Assembly: GCF_009834535.1 (NCBI RefSeq)
Contig: NC_045717.1
Span: 21,390,001-21,454,000 of the forward strand
Length of the DNA: 64,000 bases
Reading direction: 5' to 3'
From: Camelus ferus
Lineage: Eukaryota
The notes below the pieces were generated by a model, which was not told the DNA's origin, did no database searches, and saw only the letters and a program-made list of their open reading frames with translations. The translations under genes and the position numbers were made by a program. Every line of letters begins with the position of its first letter. The first letter of the stretch is position 1. Shown here piece by piece: positions 1 through 9,877 of the stretch.

Positions 1-340
1 CCACCTTTTCCTTTACAATGTGTCTCATTTAGAACTCCCGTACCCAAGTGCATAAATTACACTCTCTTAGGTTTTCTTCCCTTAATTTTTAAGTCTTGCT
101 TTCTTACTCTTAACTCTTTATTGAGAGTTTGATCATTTGTGTGTGTGGTGTGAGGTAAGGGTTGGATTTGGGTGTTTTTTCTTCCCCAGTTGTATGACAT
201 ATTGTTGCGCTGACTGACTGGCTCATCCAGTCCTCCTCTGTCTCCACTAGTTTCCGTTATGCTTGGGTCTGTTCTGGGCACACTGCTCAGTTCCATCAGT
301 ACATATGTATGTCCCCCACGACCACAACACTATGGTAATT
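1..340 (-). mobile_element. Old L1M fragment
   Basis: Degenerate text resembling the antisense end of L1 ORF2 (tctgggcacactgctcagttccatcagt...ccacaacactatgg). Confidence 0.55.
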
Positions 341-750
341 GCCAGGCATGCACAGTACACGTTTAAACACATGGGGTGTGTATTTCAAGCATGATCACGC
401 AGTTGTTAGCATGTCACAGGTTTTATGTGTCTCACTCATTCTCATACACAGCTGTGACCAGGCATCTCCCCAAAGTCCAGCTCCCAGCATCCCCATTCCT
501 ATTTCCCTTGGAATTGTGTCTGAGCTGATCATCCCATCCTAAATTTAATCTGTCTCCAGCATCGTTTGTTTCCCTTCCTCCATGGTATTGTTGTAAAACT
601 CCAGCAATTTCAATTTGGGGTTTTCAGGGAGATCCTTGCTCCAGCATCTAGCCACCCCTCAGAGTATAAACAGCTTCAATGGTTATTAAAGTGCCCGTCC
701 TCGCCCTCCTCCTCCCCCCCTGAATCTCCATCATCTCTTGTTTCCTTTCT

Positions 751-1103
751 TTTTTTTTTAAATATATTTTTATTGATGTATAGTCAGTTTACAATATTGT
801 GTCAGTTTCTGGTGTACACCACAATGCTTTGGTCATGTAGGAACATACATATATTTGTTTTCATATTCTTTTTAACCATAAGTTACTACAAGATATTGAA
901 TATAGTTCCCCATGCTATACAGTAGAAACTTGTTTATCTGATTTTATGACACTCCTCTTGTATTTCAAACTGAGAGACACTCTGCTAGATCCGACTCTGT
1001 AGGTGCTTCTGTGCAATTCAGTGGGTTTGTAGATGTAATTCTTGGTGCATTTGTGGGAGAGGGCGAGCTGTGAGTCTCCACCATCTTGGCTCAACCCCCT
1101 CTC
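751..1103 (-). mobile_element. Bipartite L1 element (5'UTR start fused to 3' end) with poly(A) and TSD
   Basis: The minus strand starts GAGAGGGGGTTGAGCCAAGATGGTGGAG (L1 5' end with a YY1-like motif). At ~948 it switches to an ungulate-type L1 3' end with AATAAA and an A tail. TSD GTTTCCTTTCT (740-750) / GTTTTCTTTCT (1104-1114). Confidence 0.78.
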
Positions 1104-1194
1104 GTTTTCTTTCTTAATAACCTCATTCAGCAAATAGTTATTGAACAGGTCCTCTGCCTACAATAGTTTATCTTCAATAGGATGTCGACATTAT

Positions 1195-1344
1195 CTTTTT
1201 TTTTTTTGTCACTCATTTTTGAATTAAAAAAATTAAAAAAATTTTGGGGGAGGTAATTAGTTTTGTTCATTTATTTATAATGGAGGCACTGGGGACTGAA
1301 CCCAGTGCTAAGCGGGCACTCTACCACTGAGCTACACCCTCCCC
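1195..1344 (-). mobile_element. tRNA-Ala-derived camelid SINE (Vic-1-like), internally deleted
   Basis: Contains CTCTACCACTGAGCTACACCCTCCCC and the GGGGGAGGTAATTAG tail motif. Confidence 0.85.
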
Positions 1345-1553
1345 TCCATGGATGATCTGTAGTTCAATTTGGAAGAATCAAAGAGTCCTTCCTCTCACAC
1401 CCTACGTCCAACCTATTGGCAAATCCAATCAACTTTACCCTCAGCCTCTGTCCCATCCAAAGCCTCAGAGACCACACTCAGAAAAGTAAAGTCCTGATGG
1501 CCTTGGGAGCCACGAAGGGTTCTGAGCAAAATTGTGCATGGACTCAGGTGCTC

Positions 1554-1572
1554 AGGGCGCCCTCTGGCGGCT
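1554..1572 (-). promoter_or_regulatory. Candidate CTCF site
   Basis: The minus strand reads AGCCGCCAGAGGGCGCCCT; its core CCGCCAGAGGGCGC fits the CTCF consensus CCRCYAGRKGGCRC exactly. Confidence 0.6.
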
Positions 1573-2215
1573 ATGGGGGACCAGAGGGCCGGGGACAAGT
1601 ATGGAAGACTGTGCTGGTCCAGGTGGGAGATGGTGGGGGCTGGACGCGGTAGGGCTGTGGAGGGGGTAAGAAGTGGGCAGAGTCGGGATAGATTCTGCAG
1701 ATGGAGCCAGTAGGACTTGCTGACGCCTGGATATCTGTCCTCGGAACGCCTCAGTCATGCAGGTGTTGGGAGATATTAATATTAATTTGAATCCTTACAA
1801 TCTGATACAGGAACCACTCGTCTGGGGTCTCACAACTGCCTCCATGTTTGTCCTTGTTGGCTGCGGGTACCTGCGGTGTGTATCCACTGTGCTTTCCTGA
1901 TTCTCTATGTCAAGGGCAGATGAGCCCAGCCATCGGCCAGTCTGGTGACTCAAAGCCTGAGTTATCAGAGATTTTAATAATAATAAAAGACATAATTGGA
2001 AAGAGATCAAAGGGGAACCAGGAACTGACCTGTCTTTGCCCCCTTCCCCAAATCTGGCTTCTAGAAGCTCCACAGAACCCACTGAGACCCCTTGAGCTGG
2101 CCCCACCCCTACGTTGTAAAGATTGGGAAACTGAGGCTCAGGGAGAGAAGCAGCTTGAAGACCTCCCCTCTGCTTACCGTATTTCCCACTGTTTCCCACC
2201 AGGCATGTGAATTTT

Positions 2216-2380
2216 TATTTTTTATATTTTTGCTTTCTTGGATTTGTTTTTGTTTTTTTGGGGGTAATTAGGTTTAGCTATTTATTTTTAAATTATTATT
2301 TTTAATGGAGGTACTGGGGATGGAACCCAGGACCTCGTGCATGCTAAGCACGCACGCTACCGCTGAGCTCTGCCCTCCCC
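2216..2380 (-). mobile_element. tRNA-Ala-derived camelid SINE with a 17-bp TSD
   Basis: TSD CCAGGCATGTGAATTTT (2199-2215) / CCAGGCATGTGGATTTT (2381-2397). Confidence 0.9.
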
Positions 2381-3496
2381 CCAGGCATGTGGATTTTATC
2401 AGAAACATGAGGCGGCATATGTTGGTATTTTCCCGCGGCCCCCACCGACCTGTCATCTGTCATCTCCTCTTCAGTCTCATCACCTCTCCCCGCAGTTTGC
2501 ATGTCTGGGGTTTCTTGGCCTTGCCTCTCCTCCCCTCTTCCTGCCTTGTTCAGTCCCCCTCCTGTCCTCCTCTCCATCTGCCCCTGCTGTCTGCACACAC
2601 AGCCTTCGCCTCACCCGCAGGTCCCCTCTTAAGCCTCCCGGACTCCCAGAAAGGGCTGAGCCTGAAGTGGGGCTCCAACTAGCAGCTCCTAAGAATACTC
2701 CACTGCCAGCATCTTGGACCACATTCAGGAAAGCAACACATGGAAGAAATAAAACACTCCCCCTTGCCCCGAGGCCTGAGTTCTTGCAAACTGGAGGGGC
2801 CATGGTGGCCTTGGGGTGGGGTGGGAGGACTCCCAGCGAGTTCCCAGCCTCCCTCTGCCCCGCTCTGTGTCTTCCAGTGTTTCTTGTTCATGGTCATCAT
2901 TCTCATCGTGGAAATCACAGTCGCCACAGTGGTCCTTGCCTTCTAACTGATAGTTAAGTACAGCACAGCTTTTCCCACTCCGCATTAGAAATCCACAGAA
3001 TTAATAGAAGCCCTGGGGCCCCCTCCCAGGCACCCACGCTCGCTGAGATCCGGTGATGGCGGTAGACTGGGCCTCCAGAGATGGGCCCAAAAACCTCAGC
3101 CTTCTTCTTAAAGGCTCCCCTCAAGAAACCTGTTGAGTTAATTTGACCAGCTCTCCTGCATTTGGGGTGAGGCTGAGGGAGTAATGGGAACAGCTGTAAA
3201 AGTTGTTGGGGTTTTGAAATGTATTCAAAATAGAGGGCTATTTAGCAAAATCCATCAAAATGACAAAGCACGGATCCTTTGACCCAACTGTCTGGTCTCT
3301 AGGAATTAACCAAGGATTTGCTTGTTCGCACGAAGAATGACATACATACCAGAGTGTGCAAAAGATTGCTTCCAGCCTAGGGAGCATCAGTGGTGGGGAG
3401 GGTTTAATGTATAATAATCCACATAAGCAAAGCCGACACAGATGGAAAGAAGGAGGCTCTATATACAGGAGACGGTCCATTTTCCAGGACATAGTG

Positions 3497-3895
3497 TTGT
3501 CCTCGTTTGTGTCCCCACAGAGGCCCACCCTGAGACAAAGATTTGAAGGCTTGTGGTTTATTTGACAGATGATTCCCGAGAAGCACCTTTCAGGACTGGG
3601 GCAGTGAGGCAGGGAAGGGCATGTAGCCCTTAAAAGCTGACACTATGGGCAACTGGACTCAGTGCTCAGTCCTGCCCGGGGACGTCTGGGATGCAGCGAG
3701 GAGCATGCAACTATTTTCTCCATCCCAGGGACGAGGGAGCCGCAGTATTGATCCGCCGCCTCCCATCAGTCATTGCTTGCGGGCTGCTCCCAGGCGCATG
3801 CGTGCTGAGAAGCCGCAGCGAGAACTTCGGTAGCTGGCGGGGAGCGTGCACAGAAATGAAAGAAGCCACCAGGATTTGAGCAAGTGCACTGCTAC
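3497..3895 (+). mobile_element. MLT1-type (ERVL-MaLR) LTR relic
   Basis: Typical MLT1 text (accctgagacaaagatttga...ggtttattt...gcagtgaggcagggaaggg). Confidence 0.6.
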
Positions 3896-4689
3896 TCTTG
3901 TTGAGAACAGCCCCGTGCAGAACCATGAGAGTAGTATAAAGCAAGGCGAACCATACTGAGAATATGCTTTGACACACATAGCAGGTCTCTTTTGGGACAC
4001 AGGAAACAGTAACAGTCGTGGCGGTGGAGTGGGAGAAACTTGTTGGCTGGGAGAAAAAGGTGGGAGGGAGACTTTTCATGGTCTACCCTTCTGTGCTTTG
4101 TGAATTTTGAACCATGTGACTATTTCACCTCATTGGAAAAAAAATTTGTTTTAATTTAGGTCTCTATTTAAAAAATAGAAAATTAAAGTTGTCCTTTTTG
4201 TGCAGAGAGATTCAGTTGCTAAAGATGATATTCAAGTCTTTAATCGAGTTACAGCCAAATCCGGGGTGGGGCGTAGCAGGCGTGTGGGCGACTCGAAAGA
4301 GCAGATGATTCAAACTCGTTTGTGTGGGTGGGTACACCCAGATGCGCTGGGCTTGAGACCCACGCTCATCCCCGTGTCTTTTTCTCCGGGCAATGGAAGC
4401 CTGAGTTCGTCGTCGTCCTCCTCCGGCGCAGACCCAGGGCTGGGGGGAGGGGCCGTGAAGGAAGCAGAAGGGAAGTCCCCCCTCCCCAACCCCAGGTCCC
4501 CAGAAACTTCACCCAGTGGAGCACCTAGGTGTCTTCTGTGTTCACCATTTTCCGTTTCATCTTTGAGGGTCACAAAGTGGCCTTCGTGACACTGAGGAAG
4601 AACTACAGAAGTTACAACGAGCCAGATGAACTATTCCATGGAATGGACTTTGGTCGTGGAGAAGGTGAGAGTCACATCTTTGTTTTTAC

Positions 4690-4910
4690 TGTGGTAAGAG
4701 AGACATAACTCAAGTTGATCATCTTAGCCATTTTGAAGTGTCCAGTTTTGTGGCATTAAGTGTGTTCCGTGGTTGTGCAACCATCCCCGGAACTGAAACT
4801 CTGTCCTCATTAAACAGTAACACTCCTTCCCTCTCCCCCCAGCCCCTGGCACCCACTGTCCTGTGTTCTACCAGTTTCTAGGAATTTGACTCCTCTGGGG
4901 ACCTCCTATA
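4690..4910 (-). mobile_element. L1MB/MA-type 3' end running into the N gap
   Basis: ttgtgcaaccatc...gaaactctgtcctcattaaacagtaac...cccagcccctggca...tttgactcctctggggacctc. Confidence 0.7.
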
Positions 4911-5163
4911 NNNNNNNNNNNNNNNNNNNNNNNNNNNNNNNNNNNNNNNNNNNNNNNNNNNNNNNNNNNNNNNNNNNNNNNNNNNNNNNNNNNNNNNNNN
5001 NNNNNNNNNNNNNNNNNNNNNNNNNNNNNNNNNNNNNNNNNNNNNNNNNNNNNNNNNNNNNNNNNNNNNNNNNNNNNNNNNNNNNNNNNNNNNNNNNNNN
5101 NNNNNNNNNNNNNNNNNNNNNNNNNNNNNNNNNNNNNNNNNNNNNNNNNNNNNNNNNNNNNNN
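4911..5163. other. Assembly gap (N run)
   Basis: 253 N. Confidence 1.
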
Positions 5164-5230
5164 AGAAATGTTGTGTAATTCTTTGAATGGCCGTGCCCTG
5201 CCCCCTTCCTTCCTGTCTCATTCTTCTCTC

Positions 5231-5318
5231 TTTTTTTTTAGTAGAAATACTGGGGATTAAACCCAGGACCTCATGCATGCTAAGCATGTGCTCTACCACT
5301 GAGCTATAAGCTCTCCCC
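5231..5318 (-). mobile_element. tRNA-Ala-derived camelid SINE
   Basis: actggggattaaacccaggacctcatgcatgctaagcatgtgctctaccactgagctata. Confidence 0.85.
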
Positions 5319-5534
5319 TCCTCTCTGTTTCTTAAACACACTTAGTAAGCTTCAGCCTCAGGGCCTTTTGACAGCTTGTTCCCTCTTTTTGGAATGCTGT
5401 TCCCTCAAATATCTGCATAGCTCCCTCCCTCACTTCATTCAGGTCTCTGTTCAAATGTCCCTTCCCAGGAAAGCCTGCCCTGCCCTCTCTTTCCAAGTTA
5501 TCCTCAACCCCTGTATCAGTCAGGCTGGGCTAAG

Positions 5535-6132
5535 TGATGCATTTAACACCAAGATGGTGGAAGATTCAACTCCCAGTAGACCTTGAGGCCCAAGATGGTG
5601 GGAAATTTAACTTCCAGTAGACCTTGAGCTTCATTACATGCTCCTTGTAATATATTAACATGGTAAATGGCACTCCCACAGGCACCATAACAGTTCTGAG
5701 GCTGACCATAAATGGCTAAAAAGTGAGCGGTGGCCCAATTCCTGGGAATCCCAGCCCCTTCCCCAAAGTAGTTGAAATAATCTTCCCACTTACTAGCATA
5801 TAAAGCTACCGAGCTCATAAAAACCAACAACCCCTACACCTTGTAGCCACTCTCCCTTCTAAGTGAGATGGACCACAATCTGTTTACGGACTGTGTATCT
5901 ACTTTTACTTTAAACTGAGCACCCAGCGCTACACCTCATGGCTTTTGTCTTGCCTTCTGAGACAGCCTGCTCTCTGTCTATGGAGTATGTATCTCTCTGA
6001 ATTAATATGCTTTTACTCAACTGTGGCTCACTCTTGAATTCTTTCCTGTGCAAAGCCAAGGACCCACACTTGTTGGGTTGTGTCCCAGGGACTCAACCGA
6101 GACCTGGGACATGGCCATCCTCTTACCCAACA
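5535..6132 (+). mobile_element. ERV1-type solo LTR
   Basis: Ends in the typical U5 text ctcttgaattctttcctgtgcaaagccaaggaccc...CA. Contains an internal ~41-bp tandem duplication at 5551-5630. The left boundary is approximate. Confidence 0.7.
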
Positions 6133-8991
6133 TTTTTCCTGTATCAAGACCAGCGTGGCTGGAGCTGAGTGAGTTAAAGGGAAGAGAGGGGAGATGAGGG
6201 CCCAGAGGTGACAGGGCAGATCGTGCAGTGCCTTGTGGGCAATGGTGAGGAGTTCAGCTTTTACCCCAAATAAGATGGAGCCATGACGGGGTGGTGAAAG
6301 GAGGTATTTAGCACAGGCTCTGGAACGTGGTGACTGCTCTAATAGTAGACCATTATTTCTATTGTTTTCAATTATTTTGATCATTGAAAGGGAGTCTTCA
6401 AGTGTCTATTCTCCTCGCTGCAGCTAAAGTGCTGTGGAGTGAGGAACTACACAGATTTTGCTGGCTCCTCCTTTGAAAGGACCACTGGCCACACCTACCC
6501 CAGGAGCTGCTGTAAATCCATTGAGACCGTGGCCTGTGATGGGCGCAATGTGTCCACAGATGTCATCCACCAGAAAGTAACTTGAGATTTTGTTGCGCGT
6601 CACCTGGGTAGACCCTGAGGGCTGGTGACTTCTACAAAAATTGCATTTTGGCAGGAACGCCAGTGATTTCAACCACAATTTCAGCTCATTTCGACCACAC
6701 AACCTAAGGTTACTATCCCCATTTCACAGATGGTGAAACTGAGGCCTGGGGAGGGGATTGGTTCAAGGTCACGTGGCTTTGGTTGAGCTTGAATTTGGAT
6801 CCGTGTTGGCCTGCGTCCATTGCCGGGGCCACACTGCCTCCCTCACCAAGATATTAAGCTCTAGCAATTATAATGGAAAACAATCGTTCTAACCATAGTG
6901 ATGGCCGCCATGTGACTGGGCACTCCTGCTGTGAATTCAGTCTCCATTGCACCCCTTGAAGTGGGGACTGCCCTTCTCCCATTTTACAGATGAGGAGACT
7001 GAGGCACCGAGAGGTTCTCATGGCCAGAGAGAGGTGGAGCTGGGCTTCAAACCCCATCCCTAGCTTCCAAACCCCTAACTTCTGCTGCAGATGAATGAAC
7101 CCAAGGCTCTCCCCCTGAGGGAAGAAATAAGAGTCATTTCTTAATTCATCCCTTCATATTGAATGGCTCCTGCTGGGTGCCAGGCCAGAGCCTCGGAGAT
7201 GGACATGGTGCTACACGCTGGCTCACTGTGCCTGCACAGCCTGCCTGTCAGCTCCCGACCTCCTCTCCCACTCACTCCATCACTCATTCCCCTCCAGCCA
7301 CACTGGCCTCCTCGCTGCTGCACAGATAGACCAGGCACATGCTTGCCTCAGGGCCTTTGCACAGGCTATTCTTTCTTCCAGGAATGCTCTTCCTCTAAAT
7401 GTTTTCCTACCTCACCCCTTTCAAGCCTGTGTACAATTGTCAGGCTGTTCCTGACCCCCTATCTATAAAAGGACACTGCCACAGTCACCATCACACTCTG
7501 TCTCCTTACCCTGCCTCAGGGTCTGCCCAGCACTGAATCACCACCTGACAATGTGATTACTGTACTTGTGTATTACCTGTTTTTTCCCCTCAACCCCATC
7601 AAGGCGGAAATGTCTATTTTGTATGTTGCTGGGTCTCCAGCACCCAGTCCAGTGCCCAGCACAGAGCGAGCACTTAATAAATGCCCATTAAATAAAAGGG
7701 GGACACTGACCCTTTGAGCTCAAGGCCAGTCAAGCTTCCAGAAGAAAGAGGAGCATCTCAGCGACCACAGGAAGGGAAGCGGGGGCCCATCCCCTGCAAG
7801 TGGCTGGCTGTTCTGCCCAATCACTGTCTGGTCTGTTGATCTCTCTAAACCTTAGTCTCTTCATCTGTAAAACAGAGAATAGACTAGTGCCCACCTTATG
7901 GGGCGTATAGTGAGAAAATACATGTAAATGGCTGAGAAGGTGGTGGATGCAGGTTAGCCCTTCTGTTCATATGTAAAGAGCTCTCGGAAATGACAGTTCC
8001 TGAATGCCGACTATGGGTCAGGCCACTGCTGTAGATTCTGTCTTAAACCTCACAAAAATCTTGTGAGGCAGATCCTACTGGTCTATTTACACTTGGGGAA
8101 ACCGAGGCACAGAGAGGTGTGGTGATTTCTCCAAGGTCACACAGCTAGCTTGGGACACAGCTTGGGACATCTGGTCCTGCTCTTAATCACCATACTAGGA
8201 TGTTAGCACAAATGGACACTGGGGAGGAAGTGGTATGTTCTGGAGTGGGGTAAAGGAATGAGGAGGCCAGGGAAGATGTTGGGGTGGGGGAAGCAGTCCA
8301 GCAAGAACGAGCCAAGGTCCTTGTCACTGTGTCCCTTTCTCTTCCCTGAATCTGAGAGGAATGTTGGTAGTCTGCCTGGCGGGGGGTTGATGGGGACTTG
8401 GAATCCACAAGTCCCTGACCAGGTCCTGCTTACTCTGATGTTTGTATCCACAGGGCTGTTCCCCTAAGCTCCTGAAAATAACCAAGACTCAGAGCATCAA
8501 CCTGAGTGGGGTCTCCCTGGGGGCAGCAGCAGTGCAGGTATGGCCCAGCTCCTCTGCGACACACTGAGCTCTTTCATCGAGCCCCTACTTACTGTGTGCC
8601 CAGCGCTGTTCGGGACACTGGGGACACAGCAGTGACAAAAGACAAAATGCCTGCCATGGCGGAGCTGACATGGTGGGGATGGATGACTGTTTGGTTTAAG
8701 ATACCTGCTGAGAAGGAAGTAAAAGAGGGTGATGAGATAGGGAAAGGAATCAGGGATGGCCTCCCTGAGGAGGTGAGGAAAAGCCATGTGTGTGTATATG
8801 GGAGAAGACAGAGGGAAGAGCTGGTGCAAAGGCCCTCAGGTTGGCTTTTTCAAGGACCAGCAAGGAGGCCTTTATGACTGGAGAAGGGTGGATGAGGAGG
8901 GTGGTAGGGGGAGATGAGGGCAAGGCCTTGTGGGCTACAGAGAGGGGTTTGGTTTTTATTCTGAGTATGATGGAAAGCCGTTAGAAGGGTT

Positions 8992-9143
8992 TAATTTTTT
9001 AAAATTATTTTTATTTTCAAAAATTTTTGCGGGGGAGGTGATTAGGTTTATTTATTTACTCTTAGAGGAGGCACTGGGGATTGAACCCAGGACCTAATGC
9101 ATGCTAAGCATGCGCTCTACCACTTGAACTATACCCTACTCCC
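8992..9143 (-). mobile_element. tRNA-Ala-derived camelid SINE
   Basis: Full head with A and B boxes and the GGGGGAGGTGATTAGG tail motif. Confidence 0.88.
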
Positions 9144-9145
9144 GC

Positions 9146-9870
9146 CAGAAATTTTAAAATATAACAAAACAGAAACAGAGTCATAGATACAGAGAACAAA
9201 GAGGCGGTTGCCAGTGGGGAGGGGTGTGGGGGGAAGAGAGGAAGAGATGAGGGAGATTAAGAGGTACAAACTTCCAGTTGCAAAATAAATGGGTCAGGGG
9301 TATGAAATGTACAGTGTGGGGAATACAGTCAGTAACTGTGTAATATCTTTGTATGGTGACAGACAGTCATTAGACTTATCGTGGTGATGATTTTGAAATG
9401 GATAGAAATGGCGAATCACTATGCTGTGTAATAGGAACTAACATGGTGTTGTTGGACAGTTATACTTCAAATACAAACAAACAAACAAAATCACAGGAAA
9501 AGAGATCAGATTCATGGCTGCCAATGGCAGGGCATGGGGGGAAGAGGGAACTGGATAAAGACAGTCAAAAAGTACAAACTCCCAGTTATAAGATAAAAAG
9601 TACTAGGAATACAATGTGCATGATAAATAGAATTAACACTGCTGTATGTTATGTAGGAAAGTTGCTAAGAGAGTAAATCCTAAGAGTTCACATCAGGAAA
9701 AAAATTTTTTTTTCTTTAATTTTGTGTCTATGAGATGACGGATGTTCACTAAACTTATTTGGTAATCATTTCCCTATGTGTGTAAGTCAAATCATTATGT
9801 TATACACCTTACATTTATAGAGAGCTGCATGTCAATTACATCTCAATAAAACTGGAAGAAAAAAAAAAAG
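9146..9870 (+). mobile_element. Two adjacent L1MA-type 3' ends with A tails
   Basis: The first unit ends in (CAAA)n at ~9490; the second ends tctcaataaaactggaagaaaaaaaaa at ~9870. Confidence 0.8.
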
Positions 9871-9877
9871 AACCGTT

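Larger units (their letters stand above)
2878..8537 (+). pseudogene. TSPAN16: Tetraspanin-16 unitary pseudogene (exons 3-6 recognisable)
   Basis: Exon 2878-2952 (CFLFMVIILIVEITVATVVLAF*LI, TAA at 2944-2946). Exon 4568-4664 (GHKVAFVTLRKNYRSYNEPD, +1 frameshift at ~4630, then YSMEWTLVVEK). Exon 6424-6576 (LKCCGVRNYTDFAGSSFERTTGHTYPRSCCKSIETVACDGRNVSTDVIHQK, tetraspanin CCG motif). Exon 8454-8537 (GCSPKLLKITKTQSINLSGVSLGAAAVQ). Sizes 75, 97 (108-12+1), 153 and 84 match the human exon pattern, and synteny next to RAB3D fits. Confidence 0.88.

Noticed and set aside
1810-1990. Acceptor-like site, hydrophobic frame (VWGLTTASMFVLVG) and AATAAA, considered as TSPAN16 exon 2 or a separate terminal exon
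   Set aside because: Similarity to TSPAN16 TM2 is too weak, the frame stops early and no matching donor was found.
4868-5341. ORFs spanning the N gaps (also 38540-39253)
   Set aside because: Their length comes from N runs translated as X.
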